DNA from: a virus
Strand: one strand, 5' to 3'
IMG/VR virus record: IMGVR_UViG_3300045051_000172
Location: 55,479 to 119,478 of that record
DNA: 64,000 nt
A program made the position numbers and the translations under genes. Under the pieces are notes generated by a model. That model was not told where the DNA came from and ran no database searches. It was given only the letters and a program-made list of their open reading frames with translations. Positions 1 to 6,316 of the stretch are shown in pieces (position 1 is the stretch's first letter; each line of letters begins with the position of its first letter).

Positions 1-188
1 CCGACTTTGATTGAAAATCCCGTCACTTTTCTCCAGTTCCATCCGAGCACTCCCCCAACTAACATGCATAAAAGTGTTCTAGTTCCAGAGGGTTGCATCA
101 AGTTGTTGATAACCATTCCCGTCAAAAGACATGCAATTGTCAACGATGCGAAGTGTGATAGTCCGTGAAGAAATCCATTTTGCTTCAT
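1..188 (-). CDS. Small hydrophobic (membrane) protein, truncated at the window edge
   Basis: Hand translation from ATG at 188: MKQNGFLHGLSHFASLTIACLLTGMVINNLMQPSGTRTLLCMLVGGVLGWNWRKV...; a promoter lies just upstream. Confidence 0.6.
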   Translation of the reverse strand, partial: MKQNGFLHGLSHFASLTIACLLTGMVINNLMQPSGTRTLLCMLVGGVLGWNWRKVTGFSIKV

Positions 189-194
189 GCATTC

Positions 195-223
195 AGGTTA
201 ATGCACTTGATTCTTTTTGTCAA
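195..223 (-). promoter_or_regulatory. Sigma70-type promoter (leftward)
   Basis: TTGACA-17 bp-TAACCT on the minus strand, upstream of the ATG at 188. Confidence 0.6.
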
Positions 224-235
224 TCGGGGTATTCT
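207..235 (+). promoter_or_regulatory. Sigma70-type promoter (rightward) overlapping the leftward one and firing into a non-coding region
   Basis: TTGATT(207-212)-17 bp-TATTCT(230-235). Confidence 0.6.
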
Positions 236-240
236 AAAAA

Positions 241-600
241 AGTTCGGTGCCTTGGGACTAGGTGCGAATCCTAGCTTGCCTCATGAGGTGAAAACATTGT
301 GAGGTACTGGTACAGGCGAATAGCTTGTGCTGAGGAACTAACCAAGAGGCACGTTAAATACTTTCTACCGCAGTTGACTACTGTGCGGTTAGAAGTACGC
401 TCCAATGAGGTAACTCAAAGGAGTAGAATAGGCGAAGAGCTGATTGGTTCCATATCCTCAGTGTTAAGGGCTTTACTCTTAGGAACATATTTCCCTAAGA
501 TCCTAGACATCAGTTCCCAAACTTATGAAGTAATTTCATGAGGTTAGGGAGCTTTTGTCTTTAAGGCTAGTAAACCTAAGCGGGACCAAGGGACACCACA
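241..600 (+). ncRNA. Candidate large structured ncRNA with a tRNA-like (T-arm/D-arm) core
   Basis: No credible ORF; own promoter; many hand-paired helices: 258-274 (T-arm-like), 358-397, 406-417 (GUAA tetraloop), 421-427/472-478, 477-500, 512-553, and end pairing 246-255/586-597. Confidence 0.6.
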
Positions 601-661
601 TGATAAATCGAAGGGTTGGAAGTTAGAGTTTACTGATGCGTCGGGCCATAGTGTCAAAATC

Positions 662-820
662 CTAACGGGACACACTTTCAAGAATGTGGGCTAGTCTCCA
701 AGCATTCAGATTCTTCCGATTGATCCTCTTTTTGATTTCTTTCTTCACCCGAGCCAGGGTGACTTCTTTTAAAGTAATCTTTAATTTCTTTGCGAAATAA
801 TATTTAGATTCAAGAGTCAT
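662..820 (-). CDS. Small basic hypothetical protein (52 aa)
   Basis: Hand translation MTLESKYYFAKKLKITLKEVTLARVKKEIKKRINRKNLNAWRLAHILESVSR; start overlaps the stop of 817..1080. Confidence 0.55.
   Translation of the reverse strand: MTLESKYYFAKKLKITLKEVTLARVKKEIKKRINRKNLNAWRLAHILESVSR
745..770 (+). terminator. Possible intrinsic terminator for the rightward ncRNA transcript
   Basis: TCACCC-GAGCCA-GGGTGA followed by CTTCTTTT; it lies inside the antisense ORF so may be incidental. Confidence 0.35.
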
Positions 821-1080
821 TTATCACCCCAATCGGCCCAATAGGACATCCAGTTCTCCTTCACAAACGGCTTATGTCCTCCTGAGTGAATGATGCAATC
901 GCATTTTCTTTCCTTGGCTTCCTCGTCCGTCGCGATATCCGTGATGTCGTAATTCGCGAACTCGGATTGACCTGTTTTCATTTGACCGTACATTTTCTTG
1001 TGTCGCTCTATTTGAGCCAAGCGTTTCTTCCTCGTCATGGGAGCAACATTAGGCAGAGCCTTAGCTGATAAAACTTTCAT
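817..1080 (-). CDS. Hypothetical protein
   Basis: 87 aa ORF, translationally coupled to its neighbours. Confidence 0.65.
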   Translation of the reverse strand: MKVLSAKALPNVAPMTRKKRLAQIERHKKMYGQMKTGQSEFANYDITDIATDEEAKERKCDCIIHSGGHKPFVKENWMSYWADWGDK

Positions 1081-1487
1081 TCAAATCGTAGTCCTAACTT
1101 TCTCAAAATAATGTGCGAATTCGTGAGAATCAAATTCATCACGTCTTCCTCTAAGTTAGGAGAAATCTTACGATTTTTCGAAATCACTTCTTTTGCCGTG
1201 TCCCGAATGGCCTCTAAAATCTCAACATCACTGAGAATCTTTTTGAGAGGTTCTGCCGGTTTAAGTTCGTAATCAGTCGCCTCGATATATTCGACGGACA
1301 TAGATTCAATCTGACGATTATCCCCGTAGGCGATCCAGCGCATCCCATCTTTTTCTATTACTCGAAAGTAAGAGTCGTCACCGGGGCGCTTGAAAGGGAC
1401 TCCAGTTTTGAGGGCTTCAAGAAAGGTAAGTCCAGGGCCCGGGCCCTCAGTTATTCCATATTGTGTAAGTTGTCGTCGCATGTGCAT
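1077..1487 (-). CDS. Hypothetical protein
   Basis: 136 aa ORF with an AGGAGG Shine-Dalgarno upstream. Confidence 0.7.
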   Translation of the reverse strand: MHMRRQLTQYGITEGPGPGLTFLEALKTGVPFKRPGDDSYFRVIEKDGMRWIAYGDNRQIESMSVEYIEATDYELKPAEPLKKILSDVEILEAIRDTAKEVISKNRKISPNLEEDVMNLILTNSHIILRKLGLRFE

Positions 1488-1536
1488 CCTCCTTTATCAA
1501 TCTTGACTCAACTGATCTAGGAAGTAAAGAGGGGGT

Positions 1537-1696
1537 GTCGGAGAGAACTATGCATCTTTTATAGGGGGAGGGGAAAGCTGCGAAAGAATTTCCTCTCCGA
1601 CTGTTTTCAGAATATCAAAACTTTGACATAAATGCAATGCGCAAAATAAGGAGAATTCTGCGCAAAATTTGACACAAAATGCGGAAGTTTATGTCA
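1537..1696. repeat. Intergenic inverted and direct repeats
   Basis: 9-bp IR GTCGGAGAG 1537-1545/1593-1601; TGCGCAAAAT x2 (1638, 1659); 9-bp IR TGACATAAA 1624-1632/1688-1696. Confidence 0.6.
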
Positions 1697-1879
1697 TTTA
1701 CTTCCGAGCAACGGGAAGTTCTTAAAGTTAACCTTTTGAATAGATTAGGAAATTTGAAAGCCATAGTTATATAATTTACTACACGCAAGATACCCGCCAA
1801 ATACCCATAATCATTGGGGCTTTAAGGTATCTCACTCTCTAGCCTTGACCGGGCCTGGTCCCCGTGAGAAAATGAGGGT

Positions 1880-2188
1880 ATGGAACTCGTAATGGAAATC
1901 ATAGGCTGGATCGGATCGATGGCCTTCGCAGTGTGCGCCGTTCCTCAGGCTTACGATTCTTGGAAGAAAGGTCACTCGCGAGGAATTACTTGGGGCTTCT
2001 ATCTTCTTTGGGTCATCGGCGAAATCTTCACGCTTCTCTATATCATCCCGACTGGCAAAGTTCCCCTCCTCGTAAATTATCTCGTCAATTTGGTTTTCCT
2101 CACAATCATCGGATATTACAAAGCCTACCCACGAAAAAGAACCCGGAAGAGTCACTCTCGCAGATCTCATTTAACTGTGGTGAAATAG
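1880..2188 (+). CDS. PQ-loop / SemiSWEET-like small membrane transporter
   Basis: Three hydrophobic segments; AVPQAY PQ motif followed by ...HSRGITWGFYLLWVIG. Confidence 0.75.
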   Translation: MELVMEIIGWIGSMAFAVCAVPQAYDSWKKGHSRGITWGFYLLWVIGEIFTLLYIIPTGKVPLLVNYLVNLVFLTIIGYYKAYPRKRTRKSHSRRSHLTVVK

Positions 2189-2189
2189 G

Positions 2190-2263
2190 GCCCTACTGAA
2201 AGAGTTGCACTTTCGCCTTCGGAATCCCATAGTATCCGACGTGCCGCTTCACACCGAGTAGGG
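2190..2263 (-). tRNA. Atypical tRNA-like element (His-like features: central AUG triplet, C discriminator)
   Basis: Cloverleaf CCCUACU/AGUAGGG; D arm GUGU-GAAGCG-GCAC; UCGGA/UCCGA stem with 11-nt loop; variable AGGC; T arm GAAAG-UGCAACU-CUUUC; followed by C-CCU rather than CCA. Confidence 0.55.
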
Positions 2264-2272
2264 ACTTCCATA

Positions 2273-2302
2273 TTGACATGAAGAGGTCTCAGACGTTATT
2301 CT
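2273..2302 (+). promoter_or_regulatory. Sigma70-type promoter
   Basis: TTGACA-18 bp-TATTCT upstream of the ORF at 2313. Confidence 0.6.
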
Positions 2303-2312
2303 AAAGGCATCC

Positions 2313-3014
2313 ATGCGCATCATAAGTAACTTCAAAGATTTCTATGACGGTATCAGTCATCAGTATTTAGATAAAGAAATCCTATACTTGCGCAGCAGTG
2401 TCGAAGAATCGCCGGAGCGCGCGAAGGTTCCCGAAGTGAGCAAGTTCGAAATCATCGACTCTCCGAATAATGTGACTTATTTCTTCAGCTTAGAGCTTCT
2501 CGGATTCTGCGGAAAGATCTACCCCATGGCCGTTGTGCGCACGACAGGGATCGAATATAAGCCCACAGAGTTCAATCAATACTCCCAAGGATTCTTCAGC
2601 TACGACAAGCTCGTCGATTTCGTGAACCTCAAAAAGATTCCCATCAAAGAGGGTCGCCGATATCGCTGGTTCAACTTTTCCTACCAAGATAGTTTGGCGG
2701 ATATCGCTCGCTTTTTCGAAACTACTACTGATTACAATAAGTTAGATAAGGTCTTTCAAAGACTCAATACGCCGGTATTCGTCCTGCGCGAGACGGGCCG
2801 CCGCGAGCGAAAGCTGATTACGAATCCCATGCTTAAGAACTTCTCGTTCCAAAAGTTTAAGGACCCGTTCACGACGCACCAAGAACTTTTCATGTATGTG
2901 GGAGGAATCCTCCGACAGCCGGATCGGGAAATGGTCAAGCTTACAGATAAACAAAAACTTGAAAAGAGAGGCTTCGACAAATGGAGCTTCAGAAAACCCC
3001 CGGAGGGAAAATGA
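2313..3014 (+). CDS. Phage hypothetical protein
   Basis: 233 aa ORF beginning MRIISNFKDFYD. Confidence 0.75.
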   Translation: MRIISNFKDFYDGISHQYLDKEILYLRSSVEESPERAKVPEVSKFEIIDSPNNVTYFFSLELLGFCGKIYPMAVVRTTGIEYKPTEFNQYSQGFFSYDKLVDFVNLKKIPIKEGRRYRWFNFSYQDSLADIARFFETTTDYNKLDKVFQRLNTPVFVLRETGRRERKLITNPMLKNFSFQKFKDPFTTHQELFMYVGGILRQPDREMVKLTDKQKLEKRGFDKWSFRKPPEGK

Positions 3015-3202
3015 ATCGACTCATAATGCACCTGATCGGATTAGCCTTAATTCCTTTGATTTTAGCGATCTCAGTTCTGGCTGCGGGACTTGCTTTAGTC
3101 CTCGGAGTTTTTGTTAGTTTGGCCTTGCTAGTTGTGCCCGGACAAGTTAAATTCAATGGAGAGAAACTCAGCAGCATTCTACGAAAGGTAAAACGAGCAT
3201 GA
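3011..3202 (+). CDS. Small membrane protein
   Basis: Long hydrophobic stretch; ATG at 3011 after GGAGG and overlapping the previous stop. Confidence 0.65.
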   Translation: MNRLIMHLIGLALIPLILAISVLAAGLALVLGVFVSLALLVVPGQVKFNGEKLSSILRKVKRA

Positions 3203-3489
3203 AAATCAGTCCTCAGCAATTTGTTCAAAATTTACGAAATGGTGGCCTAAATGCCCAGGCTTCTTTGACTTTAGCGGAAGCTTCTTTAAAGAGCGTTACC
3301 GGCGGAAAGCAAGGCTGGACCTATGCTGATCTTCCGAACTACCTTCAACTTGCTCAGGATTCTCACTATTCAGACTCGATGCGAAAACAGCTTATTCAAA
3401 TGGAACGTGATAAGCCAAAACAGCTTGCCAAACTTCAAGGTTTCTATTCTCAAGTTGTTGGCATTTTGAAGAAACAAGTCAAAGCATAA
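3199..3489 (+). CDS. Hypothetical protein
   Basis: 96 aa ORF coupled by an ATGA overlap. Confidence 0.7.
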   Translation: MKISPQQFVQNLRNGGLNAQASLTLAEASLKSVTGGKQGWTYADLPNYLQLAQDSHYSDSMRKQLIQMERDKPKQLAKLQGFYSQVVGILKKQVKA

Positions 3490-3490
3490 T

Positions 3491-3519
3491 TTGACAATTT
3501 GCCCTGTTCCCGATACATT
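3491..3519 (+). promoter_or_regulatory. Sigma70-type promoter for groEL
   Basis: TTGACA-17 bp-TACATT. Confidence 0.7.
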
Positions 3520-3531
3520 TTAGGGAGACTT

Positions 3532-5199
3532 ATGACTTTAAATCCAAAGAAAATTGCTCAAAAAAACGAGATGGCCGACAAAATGAAAGTTGGCATTTCC
3601 CTCGTTGCTTCCATCGTTAAACGTACTTTAGGGCCCGGAGGTCTTCCGATCCTAATCGAACGAAATGGACAGAACTTAGAAGGTGATCCTCTTGAGCCCA
3701 TGATTACGAAAGACGGAGTCACCGTCGCAAACGAATGTGCCTCAGACGACCCCGAAGTTGATCTCACTATTCAAACCGTCAAAGCAATTTGTAAGAAAAC
3801 AAATCGAATCGCTGGAGATGGAACTACGACCGCGATTGTTTTAGGTGAGGCTTTATATCTTGAAACTCTCAAAGAGCTGGATGCTGATTCAAATTTGAAT
3901 CCTCAGATTGTTCGAGAAGAATTAGAATTGGCAATCAAAGACGTAGTGGCTGAACTTGAAAAAGTTGCAGTACCTGTAAAAGATTTCGCACGCATTGAAC
4001 AAGTTGCAAACATTTCTGCAAACGGTGAAAAAGAAATCGGCTCAGTAATTCGGGCCGCTTTCGAACACGTTGGAGCTGAAGGCGTCGTCACTATCGATGA
4101 AGGTTCCTCAATTGAAACCACGATTGATCGAGTTGAAGGTTTTCAATTTGCTCGCGGAGCCGAATCTCAAGATCGTTTTTTCAATAACAAAGAGAGAACT
4201 AAGTTCGAAGCCAAAGATGCTTTGGTAATTATCTATGACGGCAAGATCGACCACAATGGAAAACTGGTCGCGGTCATGAATACGATTTCAAAAGAATTCG
4301 CAACTGCCGGAGGCGGCATCGGAGCCTTCCCGCCAATTTTAATCATTGCGAATGATTTCAGTTTAGATACTCTTCAACTCCTTCTAATCAATAAAGCCGA
4401 ATCAGGATTAAATTTCTGTGCGGTTCGAAGTCCCAACACGACTACGATTCGTTCCTTGATGCTTGACGATCTGGCGGTATATCTCGGCGGAACCAAGCTG
4501 GGCAATGGAGGCAAAGACCTTCAATCAGCCGAATTTAAGATTTCCAAGGACCAAAACGGAAAGATGGTTTTTACGGGCGACATCGGATTTGTCTCTTCAG
4601 TTATTGTGGATCGCTACAATACAACCCTATTCGGAGGCGGAGGAACTGAACAAGCCGTCACTGAAAGAGTAGACCAATTGAATGCCTCCAAAGAAGCCGC
4701 CTTCAGTGAATACGACCGCTCGATGATTAATGATCGAGTTGCTTCCCTCACAGGTGGAATCGCCAAGATTGGCGTAGGTGGACGGACAGAGTTAGAAATC
4801 AAAGAAAAATATCATCGCATTGAAGATGCCTTGAATGCTTCCCGAGCCGCCATTGAAGCCGGAGTTATCCCAGGAGGAGGCGCGGCCCTTTTCCGAATTG
4901 CCGATCAATTGAGTAAGTCCGACACTGTTGGCCATAGAATTCTTTCGAAGGCTCTCAAGTCTCCCATATTCCAAATCTTGGATAATATCGGGATCGCTCA
5001 TGAGAGTCTAAATTTAGATCAGCTTAAATCTGATCCTACTTTAATTTTCGATGCCCGCAACAAAAAGTTTGTTGATGCATTTGAGGCCGGAATTATCGAT
5101 CCCTTAAAAGTAACCGTAACTGCACTTGAGAATGCCGCATCCATTGCCGGACTTCTTTCGACTTGCGGCGGCGGGATTACTTATCTGAGAAAGGTTTAA
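3532..5199 (+). CDS. groEL: GroEL-like chaperonin (phage Cpn60)
   Basis: TLGPGG, ITKDGVTVA, AGDGTTTA, DALNASRAA, GVIPGGG and GIIDPLKV motifs; ATG 3532 after GGAG. Confidence 0.95.
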   Translation: MTLNPKKIAQKNEMADKMKVGISLVASIVKRTLGPGGLPILIERNGQNLEGDPLEPMITKDGVTVANECASDDPEVDLTIQTVKAICKKTNRIAGDGTTTAIVLGEALYLETLKELDADSNLNPQIVREELELAIKDVVAELEKVAVPVKDFARIEQVANISANGEKEIGSVIRAAFEHVGAEGVVTIDEGSSIETTIDRVEGFQFARGAESQDRFFNNKERTKFEAKDALVIIYDGKIDHNGKLVAVMNTISKEFATAGGGIGAFPPILIIANDFSLDTLQLLLINKAESGLNFCAVRSPNTTTIRSLMLDDLAVYLGGTKLGNGGKDLQSAEFKISKDQNGKMVFTGDIGFVSSVIVDRYNTTLFGGGGTEQAVTERVDQLNASKEAAFSEYDRSMINDRVASLTGGIAKIGVGGRTELEIKEKYHRIEDALNASRAAIEAGVIPGGGAALFRIADQLSKSDTVGHRILSKALKSPIFQILDNIGIAHESLNLDQLKSDPTLIFDARNKKFVDAFEAGIIDPLKVTVTALENAASIAGLLSTCGGGITYLRKV

Positions 5200-5201
5200 T
5201 C

Positions 5202-5780
5202 ATGGAAGAGTTGATGAAATATTTTACTCTGCCTCTGGACAAAGAAGACGGCACTATTACCTACCTCGTCAACAAGATTGAGACTTACGAGAACGGTGAA
5301 TTGCGTATTCTTCTTTTGCATCCCTTGGCCAAGAAGATTTTAATTCCTGTCATTGCAGCCTCTGAGAACGACATGCTTTTGACGCAGACTCAGACTCAAG
5401 GTAAGAGCAACCTCCAGAAATGGATTGAATACGTCATCAAGAATGGCAACATCCTCTCTTTCTCGTCTCGCGAAGACGCGGAGTCCCTCGCAATGATCTT
5501 TGTGGTTAATCGTCGTCTCACTCGTCGACAAAAGTCCAAACTCTCTTCTTTGACTGGAGAGATCTCCATAAACTATTTCAATGGTGATTTGAATATAGCG
5601 ATTCGAACCATCAATGAAAATGAAGTCCTCCTGGATGAATGGAATCGATCCTGGTTCGAGAAATTCTTAGATAAGACCAAGCAAAAGAATAAGTACGGTC
5701 GCCCTAAGCCCTTATCCCCACAAGAACGAGAAGGTCTCTTCCGCATAGCCGGATTTGTTCTTTCTCAATTGGAGGTGTAA
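5202..5780 (+). CDS. Hypothetical protein
   Basis: ~192 aa ORF between groEL and dut. Confidence 0.7.
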   Translation: MEELMKYFTLPLDKEDGTITYLVNKIETYENGELRILLLHPLAKKILIPVIAASENDMLLTQTQTQGKSNLQKWIEYVIKNGNILSFSSREDAESLAMIFVVNRRLTRRQKSKLSSLTGEISINYFNGDLNIAIRTINENEVLLDEWNRSWFEKFLDKTKQKNKYGRPKPLSPQEREGLFRIAGFVLSQLEV

Positions 5781-5781
5781 T

Positions 5782-6312
5782 TTGAGTCTATCCGGAACCA
5801 ACACTGGAGAAGCAGTTACTCTGCAGATGCCAGGATATCCCGTAGTGCAAATCAAGAAGCTCTCTGAGAATGCAATATTGCCGGAAAAAAAGTCAGTCGG
5901 GGCCGCAGCCTTCGATATGTACGCAACAGAAGTCGTAATGGACCGATTTCAAGATTGTCAAATTGTTTATAAGACTGGAATTGCAATGTCGATTCCTGAA
6001 GGTCATGTCGGATTGATTTATCCTCGTTCGAGCATTCGAGATACTTTTCTATCCTTGACTAATGCAGTTGGAGTAATTGACTCTGACTATCGCGGTGAAA
6101 TTACTTTCACTTTCAACTATCGAGGACCCTTGACAAAAATGGTCAGCGGAAAATTAGGAATTCCGATTGATTCCAAAGACAAAATTTATAAGTCAGGAGA
6201 TCGCATAGGTCAAATAATTGTCATGCCGATCCCTTTGGTGTATTATAAAGAAGTGCAGGAACTCAGCCCTACCCTCAGAGGTAGCCAAGGACTTGGATCA
6301 ACCGGGAGATAA
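5782..6312 (+). CDS. dut: Trimeric dUTPase
   Basis: Motifs AAFDMYA, PRSS, GVIDSDYRGE, GDRIGQ, RGSQGLGSTG; TTG start after GGAGG. Confidence 0.92.
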   Translation: MSLSGTNTGEAVTLQMPGYPVVQIKKLSENAILPEKKSVGAAAFDMYATEVVMDRFQDCQIVYKTGIAMSIPEGHVGLIYPRSSIRDTFLSLTNAVGVIDSDYRGEITFTFNYRGPLTKMVSGKLGIPIDSKDKIYKSGDRIGQIIVMPIPLVYYKEVQELSPTLRGSQGLGSTGR

Positions 6313-6316
6313 CTGA

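Noticed and set aside
299-541. 80 aa plus-strand ORF in the track
   Set aside because: GTG start without a well-placed SD, no recognisable protein features, and it overlies dense RNA helices; better explained as ncRNA, though translation is not excluded.
241-660. Identification as tmRNA, RNase P RNA or a group I intron
   Set aside because: No G3-U70 Ala acceptor or tag frame ending in Ala-Ala, no GAGGAAAGUCC/P4, and no matching P7 pair (GACUA/UAGUC) found by eye.
1615-1800. 61 aa minus-strand ORF
   Set aside because: No SD, runs through repeat-rich DNA, and is isolated between divergent gene blocks.
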